This document shows positions 56,001 to 63,853 of a DNA stretch of 64,000 bases, piece after piece. Each line of letters begins with the position of its first letter. Position 1 is the stretch's first letter. A model generated the notes under the pieces. The model was not told where the DNA came from, did no database searches, and was given only the letters and a program-made list of their open reading frames with translations. Source of the DNA: a virus (taxonomy: Duplodnaviria > Caudoviricetes). The stretch lies in IMG/VR virus record IMGVR_UViG_3300046776_000001, positions 939 to 64,938 of that record. One strand, 5' to 3'. A program made the position numbers and the translations under genes.

Positions 56001-56443
56001 GCCCCAAAAACGCCATCGAATGCGCTTTTGTAATTGCCGACGTTACCAGTAAAACGCCCGATGCTTTGCTCTATTCCGTCAATCTGCTTTTTTAGGTTTG
56101 CCGCGTTCTTTATAAGGCTTTGCCCTAAAATGCTTTTTCTTTGAACCTCGTCAAGTTTCGATATTTCAACGGCCAATTTTGAATACTGCAACCGCAACCC
56201 GGCCAAAGAATCGGTAGGAACTTTTAACGCTTTCAATTCAGCGTTAAGTTTCTTTTGTTGCTCAGTTAGGTCATTGATAGCAAGTTTTGCATTAACAGCC
56301 GCCTGTCTTAATAATTTTTGCCCTTCACTCCCCTCCTCAACCTTTTTAAGTTCCTTGTTTATTGCCTTTAGCGCGTCACGTTGCTTTGCAAGTTCCGTGG
56401 CGACATTAACGTCATTTGCTACTAATTCAAATATTAACTTCAT
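53027..56443 (-). CDS. tape measure protein
   Basis: 1138 aa helical; TP901-type core; C-terminal KFAVGGFTG...LHEDEYV. Confidence 0.9.
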   Translation of the reverse strand: MKLIFELVANDVNVATELAKQRDALKAINKELKKVEEGSEGQKLLRQAAVNAKLAINDLTEQQKKLNAELKALKVPTDSLAGLRLQYSKLAVEISKLDEVQRKSILGQSLIKNAANLKKQIDGIEQSIGRFTGNVGNYKSAFDGVFGALGVTAAIGAVTGAFAKFNDVNAKTSDGIADVAKAADASIPEIQALADLLEQRNTRTSLVDQLGIAEIGGKLGVAKAELFDFTESVDTLNVALGDQFGGSAEQTTEVIGKLRNVLTDIKSEKISEDILRIGNALNFLEAQGASSASATADFAGRIAGAAQPLGVTSNKIIGLSATLDELGINAERGSTASVRLLQRLATAPEAFAAAIDEPAQDFKQLVNDDIFGALQLFITKLNSKELSNTALSQTLKTLDVDGAGVSEVVGKLGENMDLLSKRVTQAGTALGNTDSITQEFQKKNATFGASIDKLSNSFNALFTNSRLSSSLGEAINLLAEFVGGVAVATDKIFNLSGKTTGLSAANEILSTSLEDANKQLAVETINTEKNFNVLKNDKASRDQRNQAISNLLKIYPDVLTQQELEKASIGQLTILQKDLTNTLRDQVIERSKIQAKAAIEQEILDRKVRQVQLDATPDRAFVRELTFGEVARVAKDVGLIEVDEIQAARKSLRSQVEGDIAALENKLKQVDANFTAITNNRENNLSDIEQDELDRRRQFADSNRVIAKTQKDIIANNDGLSKSEIKVKKERDAAIGSIDFLEKKVSDLKASLEAAKPDQIPKILGNLTQAEKELKTLQDSIDRLRAAPLTDQQQIEAGSKQAAVELGVPDEAKIKELTDAQREAAVEFSQFDIETTAETEEIKNQLIRAANQQKIELTKEQVDAQLKIEEEAEKRKQEIREAFINAAFDSAIALTQSIASEQARKVDDEKDKELSALDEEYEKKRELAQGNAQALEAIDKEYATKKDEIEKEAARERKRIALIESTINGLLSVARVLYSPPLAIATGIAAAATTALIASKKFAVGGFTGKGAYVDETGERVVDAKLHEDEYVAPRSQVQMFPSLFKELDRLRTKRGASTGTGYATGGFSTAPGISLSTSQSRAQSSLNIEAKASIDKESVYFIAEQVAKETYSAIAQGLNDADRTNERKQQLIQLTEI

Positions 56444-56982
56444 TGTTGCAGTATTAAGTTTTCAAAACCTTTGAATGTCTCTGAAAAAAGAAACTGTATT
56501 TTAATCCCAAATTCCTTTTCTATTTTTTCACTTATGCTTTTTACTTCATTGTCTAAGACGGTTTTTATAAACCCCGTGCGTTCTCCTGTCTTTGAAAACC
56601 TGGCACTTGCACGGCTTGGCATTCCTTCGCGGGCGTGAACGTGTGCCGTTGCAAATGCCGCTCCAATTGCTTCACGCCCCGACAAGCCGCGCTTTTCAAA
56701 AAAGGAAATAAGCCCTTGTATGTATTGCGAAGTACCACCGCGACCGCGACTACCTGAAAATGGTATCCTATTTGCCTTAACGCCAAATTCCACAAACACG
56801 CCGTAATTTTCCATTTCCATTTTTGCCGTTATCGTACCGTTGCCCTTAGTGGTAGTGTAGTCTATAGAATCACGTAATTTGCCCGTCAATGTGTGGCCTT
56901 GGTCATCCTGCGAATCCCTAAGTTTGCCGCGTAAATCAAACATAACTGCGTTAATTATTTCGTCAAATCCTAAATCTAGCAT
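56440..56982 (-). CDS. tail completion / neck protein (HK97 gp10-like)
   Basis: TGKLRDSI...YGVFVEFG. Confidence 0.65.
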   Translation of the reverse strand: MLDLGFDEIINAVMFDLRGKLRDSQDDQGHTLTGKLRDSIDYTTTKGNGTITAKMEMENYGVFVEFGVKANRIPFSGSRGRGGTSQYIQGLISFFEKRGLSGREAIGAAFATAHVHAREGMPSRASARFSKTGERTGFIKTVLDNEVKSISEKIEKEFGIKIQFLFSETFKGFENLILQQ

Positions 56983-57719
56983 CCCTGAAACTGATTAATA
57001 GGGTCAACACAATTAACGCCGCCAAATTCAACATCTAAGCACCAATCAACTCGAGCCTTAACGCGTATTTTAGTGCCGTACGTGTTTGTTGCTCCCATCT
57101 CTACATGCGTTGTACGTACCTCTTTATTATCTGATTGAAAAGCGTCCCCAATATCGTAATATGTATCATACTGCTCAATTTCGCCACTACTTAACAAACG
57201 GTCTAATATTGTCCGATTGTAAACACCTGTAACGTCCCCAACACGTGCAATTATTGACGCGCTTATGTAGTTGATAGCGTTTAATAATATAGCCTTTGTG
57301 TCCCTGAATATGTGGTTAATGGTTCTGCTTTCGCACCTGCCAACTTTGCCGTCGCACTCATTTTTAAAAGAATCCAGTACCGCAATTTCCAAAAAGCAAT
57401 ACTCTCTCATGCTTTTTTCTATAATGCCACGGGTAAAATCACTCGACAACTCGAACGCCGTTAATACCGGATAATCTGCTACGATATTGTTAGGTGTAAA
57501 CTTTTTGCGCTCCCATGCCCTAGAGTAAAAGTACGGCGTGTCTTTATCGGACAAGGTCGCACCCATTGCAGGGGTTTGTAGTTCTGCTCCGTGATCTAAT
57601 TGCAGCACCCGGAATGTTTGCGGCTGCTTACAATCGTATCCAACCGTAGCAGGGTATCTGCGTACAGCGTCCAATAAAATGCTGTAATATGTTTCTAATG
57701 TAATATCGCTGTATGTCAT
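56976..57719 (-). CDS. putative tail terminator / structural protein
   Basis: 247 aa in the tail module. Confidence 0.55.
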   Translation of the reverse strand: MTYSDITLETYYSILLDAVRRYPATVGYDCKQPQTFRVLQLDHGAELQTPAMGATLSDKDTPYFYSRAWERKKFTPNNIVADYPVLTAFELSSDFTRGIIEKSMREYCFLEIAVLDSFKNECDGKVGRCESRTINHIFRDTKAILLNAINYISASIIARVGDVTGVYNRTILDRLLSSGEIEQYDTYYDIGDAFQSDNKEVRTTHVEMGATNTYGTKIRVKARVDWCLDVEFGGVNCVDPINQFQGC

Positions 57720-57721
57720 TT

Positions 57722-58698
57722 TTAACTTAGTGCGTTTTCAATACTTAGCAATCTTACCGCTGTTTGAAAATTAGCGGTATAAACTGCTTCTATTTTCGTT
57801 TTCGTGCTTGTTTCAAAGAATCCCTTATCAATAAGCGTCGGGATGAGCGACCGCCATCCGATCCGTTTAAAGACTTCTTCGCTGTGATCTTTAGCGGCTG
57901 CCCGCGCTTTGGCCGCTGCTTTAAAGTCACCAATGCCGCTATCGTTAGGGATTGGAGGTACAAAAAAGTAACGACATTGCGGCTGCTCTTTAAGCGACCT
58001 GAAAAAGCGGTTAAAAAAAAATCGGTGTCTATTGCCGCCCCTGCACTTATTACTTCACCGTCAACGCCGCCAAAATGGTTGGCACGCTCTAAAATAAAGT
58101 TTTCTCGATCTACATCGTCAGTCGGTAATGCTTCGCCGTCTTTCCTGCAAAGAATAGCAAGCAATCGCAAATATTTTGCAAATGCTTGGCTTCCTGTTTC
58201 GTCATCATCGACTAACATCTCAAATGCCCTGTTGGCTTCTAACGCCTCAATGCTTTCTATTACTGTCAAATTTGGCAATACCTCGCTAATTCCAGACGCT
58301 AAAACCTTAGTAGCAATAATGGGTATGTTATACCGTTGTCCACAAAAGTCAAAATACGGCTCTATTGTATTAATCTTTGGCGTTGCTGCAATTTCCCGTA
58401 AATGTTTATCAATCAAATTTGCGGCGTACCCATGCAATTGCGCTACCGTGTTTAACTCAAAAGTTTCTTTGTCTTTTTCCGTCTCATACACTCCGTTAAA
58501 AACGTCCGAAAGGTCAACGCCATAAAACGCGCTTACCGCTTTTGCGTGTTGCAGCAAATAGTTGTCCGGTGTTGAATTACCTACATCAATAAGAAAATCA
58601 ATATACCGATTTAAAGGCACTTCATAAAGCGTTTCCGGTACGTCAAATTCCGCTATTGTTTCGCCTTGTGCGGTTTGTACTCTACCCCTTGCTTTCAT
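57722..58698 (-). CDS. tail assembly chaperone-like gene; 0-frame product ends 57790, -1 frameshift product (T9 at 58013-58021) ends 57722
   Basis: Both frames are open after GAT TTT TTT TTA; the -1 frame (…FKRIGWRSLI…) stops 2 nt before the next ATG. Confidence 0.6.
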
Positions 58699-59191
58699 CT
58701 GCTTTCAATTTTGCGGCTATTGCCTTTATTATCTGTTTGCTGTTCATTGCGTCGGCAATTGTTGCTCCTATATTTTTTGCATGTTCCAGTAAATGATCTT
58801 TGCTATATTTTTCACTTACCGCCGTTATCGACATTATTTGAATGTCTGCTTCAATATTGCTACCCTCCACAACAACCGCCGCGCCGCTTTGGTCTGCTTC
58901 GTTGTCCAGTGGTTGCGGTGCTACTGCTTGTGATTGTTGCGCTGTCGTTTTGGTTGGGCGGTGTGCGAAAGTTGCGCTCCATGCTTCCGCGCCCGTCTGC
59001 TTTCCCGCGTCGGTTGGTTGCGCTTGAAAATTAGCGACAACTATCCTGCCTTCTTTTGCTCTTTGCCCTGTAAGCAAAAAAGACTTAAACTGCCTAAACG
59101 GTGAACTATTGCCGCCGTACGCTTTGTGATACGCCTGCAATAAATTTGCCTCTAATTCCGGCAATTGTTCGTAAATCTCTTTGTTAATCAT
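58682..59191 (-). CDS. hypothetical late protein
   Basis: 169 aa behind promoter TAACTTTG at 59216-59223. Confidence 0.7.
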   Translation of the reverse strand: MINKEIYEQLPELEANLLQAYHKAYGGNSSPFRQFKSFLLTGQRAKEGRIVVANFQAQPTDAGKQTGAEAWSATFAHRPTKTTAQQSQAVAPQPLDNEADQSGAAVVVEGSNIEADIQIMSITAVSEKYSKDHLLEHAKNIGATIADAMNSKQIIKAIAAKLKADESKG

Positions 59192-59215
59192 ATGTGTATG
59201 TAGTTAATTACGTTG

Positions 59216-59256
59216 CAAAGTTACTGAAAGTTTTGTATTTTCAAAAAATAATGAAA
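59216..59256 (-). promoter_or_regulatory. Tail-operon promoter overlapped by a TTTCA-N8-TGAAA operator (59239-59256)
   Basis: -7 box TAACTTTG; the operator sits over the expected -33 position. Confidence 0.55.
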
Positions 59257-60678
59257 CTAAACGACACTACGAGTATGTTTTTTTGCGCGTGGCCGTATGT
59301 CATAGAATTTTTTCATTATCAAAAGGTCTGCAAAATCGGGGCTTCTGCCTATTGCCTGCTTAACTTCGTCTTTAGGTATTAGCCTTAGTTTTTCAATACC
59401 GGGCATTCGTTTAAGTTGCCTTAGTTCATCTGATAACATTTCAGTATCGTTTTCATCTTTTACCCCCTCTAAATATAACCCGTACTCATTTATCTGATCC
59501 GCCAACAAAAACGCACATTGAGAGCGAAGGTTAAAAAACTGTTTGTAGTCTTTGCCGTGTTCTGCTGGTGATGCGTTACCATTGAAAGGTATTGCGCCCG
59601 GTATAAAACCACCCTTGCTACCAATGAACGCGCCCACGCCGTCCGCATCATAAACAATTGCCGACGCTGGTATATTGTATTTATTTCTGAAACGGTGTAT
59701 TAAGTCCAATACCTGTTTGCCGCCGCTCTTTTCCATTTTACTATGTTCGACCAGCACATCGCCCTCAAAGTACGCGACCCGGTATAAATCGCTGCCGTGC
59801 ATTGCTACGTCACAAATCAAACATTTACGCTTTGCGTCGCGCTCAATAAAGGAATTAGAATATAGGTCTGTTATTGCGTCGTTGTCAGTTAGTTGATTAG
59901 GGTCATCTTCGTACTCCCAATTCCCTAAAAATAAACGTTCACGGCTTGCGCCCTTTAATCCGTCCAACCGTTCTTTGTAGCCCGGTTCACTAAATGTATT
60001 ATCACCGATCAAAGATTGAACAAAGGCATATTTACCGCTCAGTGATCCGTCGCGGTATGGCTTATAAAACTCCGTGTATGTCCAGTTCTTTGCAGGGTTT
60101 GCCGTTATTAGTAATTTACCCTTAATGCTATGCTCTTTATTCAAGTGCCTGCCTATACGGATTTTTAGTATCTCATAGGCTTTTACGCTTACGCCTCCCG
60201 CCTCCTCAATCCAACCGCCCGTGTACTCAGTAGAACCAAAATTATTAAAGTCCGGGTCGCCGGGTTTGTACATCAAATCCAGCCCCTCAATTACCGACCC
60301 GTTATCAAAAACAAAACGAACAGCCATTTCATTATAACGGTATGAATCGGACGGAATGCCATGCTTTTTGAACACCTTATTCATTGTTACTACCGTGGAC
60401 TTTCTTACCTCGCTCAAGTGTTTACGACCAATAAACCACCTAGTTCCGGGATAGGCCAAACAATTCCATAGCAACCACTCGCATCCGAGATAACTTTTTC
60501 CGCCGCCCGCCGCTCCGCCAAACAATATCTCCTCTTTGTACGAATCGCATAAAAACGACATAGCCGCTAATTGCCTATCGTGCAACCTTAGCGGCTTGTA
60601 AAATCCTGCCTTAAACGCCTCGATCTTTGTGTTAATTATATCAGTGGGCGTTATGGAATTAAGTATATCAATCCCCAT
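59257..60678 (-). CDS. terL: terminase large subunit
   Basis: FGGAAGGGKS Walker A, WIEEA Walker B, TANP, CDVA nuclease motif, SPDFAD. Confidence 0.95.
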   Translation of the reverse strand: MGIDILNSITPTDIINTKIEAFKAGFYKPLRLHDRQLAAMSFLCDSYKEEILFGGAAGGGKSYLGCEWLLWNCLAYPGTRWFIGRKHLSEVRKSTVVTMNKVFKKHGIPSDSYRYNEMAVRFVFDNGSVIEGLDLMYKPGDPDFNNFGSTEYTGGWIEEAGGVSVKAYEILKIRIGRHLNKEHSIKGKLLITANPAKNWTYTEFYKPYRDGSLSGKYAFVQSLIGDNTFSEPGYKERLDGLKGASRERLFLGNWEYEDDPNQLTDNDAITDLYSNSFIERDAKRKCLICDVAMHGSDLYRVAYFEGDVLVEHSKMEKSGGKQVLDLIHRFRNKYNIPASAIVYDADGVGAFIGSKGGFIPGAIPFNGNASPAEHGKDYKQFFNLRSQCAFLLADQINEYGLYLEGVKDENDTEMLSDELRQLKRMPGIEKLRLIPKDEVKQAIGRSPDFADLLIMKKFYDIRPRAKKHTRSVV

Positions 60679-61138
60679 CTTTTGCGGTGTCGCTTTCGCT
60701 TTCTAGTATTTCGAGTATGGCCATTCTTTTTTCTAGGCTCATATTTGCAAATGGAGTATTAAGGCTTTCGCCTTTACTAGTATGGTCAATTTTTGTCTTT
60801 ACTGGGTCGGTGTGGTCAAAAATCATCTTTGCGGCTCGCTGCCTAATGTTTGGGTCATCGTCTGCATAAGCATCTACCACTAAACGTATTGCAATTGCCG
60901 TCTTTTTATCCACTTCAATCACTTCGTTAGTTTCAGGGTCTTCCATGTTTATTTTTGCCGCCAATATTTCTTTGAATATTTTCTTTACAGATTTGCCCTT
61001 TGGCCTACCTACGTTTTCACGCTTTGCCCATCGTTCGGGGTCGTCTCCTTTTTTAAACGGCTTTAAGTTATCCCAACTTGGATTTCTTTTTGCCTTTTCT
61101 TGGTCGTCCCCATCTATTGTGTCCGTTAAATTCTCCAT
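60668..61138 (-). CDS. terS: terminase small subunit
   Basis: NLKPFKKG...N..GRPKG N-terminus; directly upstream of terL. Confidence 0.75.
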   Translation of the reverse strand: MENLTDTIDGDDQEKAKRNPSWDNLKPFKKGDDPERWAKRENVGRPKGKSVKKIFKEILAAKINMEDPETNEVIEVDKKTAIAIRLVVDAYADDDPNIRQRAAKMIFDHTDPVKTKIDHTSKGESLNTPFANMSLEKRMAILEILESESDTAKDGD

Positions 61139-61321
61139 ATTTTACCCTTATTTTATTAACGCATGATTAACGCCTTAAAACGGTGCAATTGTATTGGGTT
61201 TTGCATACTCAAAATTTCTACTAGGCTTTCTTTTAGATGCGGGCGTTTTGCTATTTGCCAGTTTCTTGTACTTGTCCCTAACCTTTGTTTTTTTATCACT
61301 CATAATGTTATTATTTAATAA

Positions 61322-62023
61322 TCAATTTGCTGTACTATCAATAGGATTTATTACATCCCAGAGTTTTGATTTTCTAAGTGGCTTTTGTAGGGTCTTGCAC
61401 TTTTCGGCAATATCAATCATTATTTCTTGATAAAACTCATAAAGCCCTTTGTTGAACTCGATTGTAAATTGCTCTACATTGCCACTACTTCGAAGATTTA
61501 CAGAGCCGTGCATTGCAATGTGCTTACCGCAATGCGTCTCTATGTTTATTATCTTCATGTGCGTATCTGCAAAAGCAACCTGCAACTCGCACTTATCCGT
61601 TCCAATTGTATTGTAAGTGTATGGCACTAACTTATCTGGAAATCGCTCCCAGCCGTAAAATTCAGCCGATGCGATTATAGTTAGTTTATCTACAAAGTTG
61701 CCATGAACCAAGTTTTTTAAACTATCCACATTGTTTTGATTGTATCCCAGCGTGGATATAGTCAACTCTTTAACGTGAAAATTATTGTGTACTATATACG
61801 CCTCGATAAAATCGCCAAAAATAAAAGTTCCGTTTACGACGCAATGATAAACGCCGTTTTCTTCGTAAAGTATTTCCGATGCCAAATCTTGCGCGTTTTT
61901 ATACTTAACGCGCCTTTCAGATAGTGAGGCGTATTTCCTAGGTCGAGAATACGACGTATTTACGCCCATCATATTTTTGTTTGACGGGTTTACTGTTTTT
62001 TTAATTGTAAGTACTTTGGTCAT
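61322..62023 (-). CDS. phospholipase D-like (HxK) domain protein
   Basis: THMKII....HIAMHGSVNLRSSGNVEQ. Confidence 0.7.
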   Translation of the reverse strand: MTKVLTIKKTVNPSNKNMMGVNTSYSRPRKYASLSERRVKYKNAQDLASEILYEENGVYHCVVNGTFIFGDFIEAYIVHNNFHVKELTISTLGYNQNNVDSLKNLVHGNFVDKLTIIASAEFYGWERFPDKLVPYTYNTIGTDKCELQVAFADTHMKIINIETHCGKHIAMHGSVNLRSSGNVEQFTIEFNKGLYEFYQEIMIDIAEKCKTLQKPLRKSKLWDVINPIDSTAN

Positions 62024-62140
62024 TTTTAATGTATTCTATATTTTAAGTGTTATTATCTTATTTTACACTACCACCCAACAACGGCAAAAATCAAGCCGAA
62101 ATACAGCAAAACGCTGCAAGTAATAGCAAGTATTATAAAT

Positions 62141-62374
62141 TTATTTTTGTGCTTCATTTATTATTTTATTGCATAACGCTTGCGCTTCATCAATATCTTT
62201 GCAATACCCTAATACCACGCGCCCCATATGCAATCCTTTGCTTTTGGCCGCGTGTGAAATATTCCCATTATTGCCAACATAAACAACCTGAATATCATTT
62301 ACATCTCTTATTAGTTGCTCAAAATCCACGTGTCTTTGCTGGTTAATAATATTATCACTAAAACTGCTTATCAT
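62141..62374 (-). CDS. hypothetical phage protein
   Basis: 77-aa ORF behind the promoter at 62398-62429. Confidence 0.65.
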   Translation of the reverse strand: MISSFSDNIINQQRHVDFEQLIRDVNDIQVVYVGNNGNISHAAKSKGLHMGRVVLGYCKDIDEAQALCNKIINEAQK

Positions 62375-62397
62375 AATTTTTTGTTTACAAAGTTACG

Positions 62398-62429
62398 CAA
62401 AGATATTGAATAAAAATTAAATTGCGCAA
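62398..62429 (-). promoter_or_regulatory. Promoter with TTGCGCAA at -33
   Basis: TTG-N21-TATCTTTG; terminator hairpin 62443-62469 just upstream. Confidence 0.65.
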
Positions 62430-62684
62430 ATAAAATAAAAAAAGCCGCCCATCTTACAACGGAGCGGCAAAGTTAAAAATTGAAAAACCATATTTTACAA
62501 AAACTCACATCTTTTCGATTGATACAAGGCACTGGTAAAAACCTTAAATTTACATCTAAGGTTTTTTAAGCAATGCAATTCTTTATACGTGTTTCTTTGT
62601 TTCTTGGTCTTGGGTAACCGTCCCGATTTACACCAGGACGGAAAACCCCAAAAAACCAAATGAAAACAATCTTTGTCTTAATTG

Positions 62685-62785
62685 TTGATCGGAATGGATT
62701 CGAACCATTAACCTCTTGCGTTAAATACCCAAAAAAGAGCCATAACAACAAGTGTGCTACACTGCCATCGCTACACCACCGATCA
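62685..62785 (-). ncRNA. tRNA-like element with an elongated anticodon arm
   Basis: Acceptor TGATCGG/CCGATCA, D stem GTGT/GCAC, T arm AATGG-TTCGAAT-CCATT; 28-nt insert instead of a 7-nt anticodon loop. Confidence 0.7.
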
Positions 62786-62994
62786 TCCGCTACTACCCCA
62801 AAATTTTGCACATTTTATACCGATTAGTATAAAGTAAGTGTTTGGGCAAGGTTTTGTCTGCCGGTTTCTATTATGGGCTAGTTTGCTCACAATAATTGCT
62901 TTTAAAGAGTCTGGCTGCAATTTACTCTTGATCTTTGAACCAGCCGCATCTAATCACGGCTGTTGGATAGGCTAAAAATGTCCTATCTTAATTG

Positions 62995-63067
62995 TGGCGG
63001 GTGCAGGACTTGAACCTGCGGCCTTCGGGTTATGAGCCCGACGAGATACCAACTTCTCCAACCCGCA
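62995..63067 (-). tRNA. initiator tRNA-fMet (CAT)
   Basis: Canonical cloverleaf; TCGGG-CTCATAA-CCCGA with three G-C pairs; 1:72 mismatch; CCA not encoded. Confidence 0.92.
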
Positions 63068-63139
63068 ATTTTTTAAAAGCCGCTCATATTCCTACAATTG
63101 GCCTAGTTTACCCATAAACAACTTATATTCAATTTTCTG

Positions 63140-63206
63140 TGGAGGCATGGGAATCGAACCCAAAAATAAAGCCTAATTAATCAAAATTATACTTTCCTAG
63201 ACCCCC
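63140..63206 (-). ncRNA. truncated tRNA-like element (acceptor plus T arm)
   Basis: GGGGGT/GCCTCC-A acceptor, TGGG-TTCGATT-CCCA T arm, AT-rich degenerate middle. Confidence 0.55.
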
Positions 63207-63327
63207 GTTTTAAATAGCCGCCAACTCTCTTTTGAATTGACGGCATCTCATGTATATAATCTCATGAAAAGTGGTAGTGCAAAGATAGGGTTTATTTTTC
63301 AATTTGCAATAGCGTTAACATTTGGCG

Positions 63328-63525
63328 TTAAAAGACGGTGCGAATATCCACCAACTCAACCGACTTTATGTTGGTAGGCTGTTTTTCTAAATGGCCGTTA
63401 TATGTGCCGTAATTTTTGCGGCTGTCTTTTTCGGGCTTTAGCCATTTTTCGCCGTCCCAATATAAAATCTTTTTTGTGCCGTTTATTCGGTAATATTCGC
63501 CTATTTCTAGTTTTGATAAATCCAT
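63328..63525 (-). CDS. hypothetical phage protein
   Basis: 65-aa ORF. Confidence 0.7.
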   Translation of the reverse strand: MDLSKLEIGEYYRINGTKKILYWDGEKWLKPEKDSRKNYGTYNGHLEKQPTNIKSVELVDIRTVF

Positions 63526-63631
63526 TTTATAAAAGTTTAAATAGTGATATACCGATTGATATTAGTATTGCGCCTGCTACAATAGCAAGCATTAATACTA
63601 TTAGCGTGTATTTGTCGGGTTTTTTCATTGT

Positions 63632-63853
63632 TTATGTAAAATATGCAATTCTTTGCGTTCTTTTATCGTACCAAACTGCTACATTTGAATTGTACTTAAA
63701 ACTAATACCCATCCATCGAAAAGGCTGTTTGTCTTTTACTTTTTGTTGTATTCTTACAGGGACTACAATACCAACGTTTTCGGATTCCTCCGTAAATAAA
63801 TTAAGTAACATCCGTATATTTTTAAGTGTGATTTTTAAAAGCACCCCAGCCAA
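63632..63853 (-). CDS. hypothetical phage protein (start uncertain)
   Basis: 59-73 aa ORF depending on the start codon. Confidence 0.55.
   Translation of the reverse strand: MAGVLLKITLKNIRMLLNLFTEESENVGIVVPVRIQQKVKDKQPFRWMGISFKYNSNVAVWYDKRTQRIAYFT

Noticed and set aside
53571-56474. Long plus-strand ORFs over the tape measure and other structural genes
   Set aside because: Ser/Ala/Phe-rich antisense shadows of strongly supported minus-strand genes.
62566-62811. 81-aa minus-strand ORF from the track
   Set aside because: Overlaps the tRNA-like element and hairpins and has no protein-like features.
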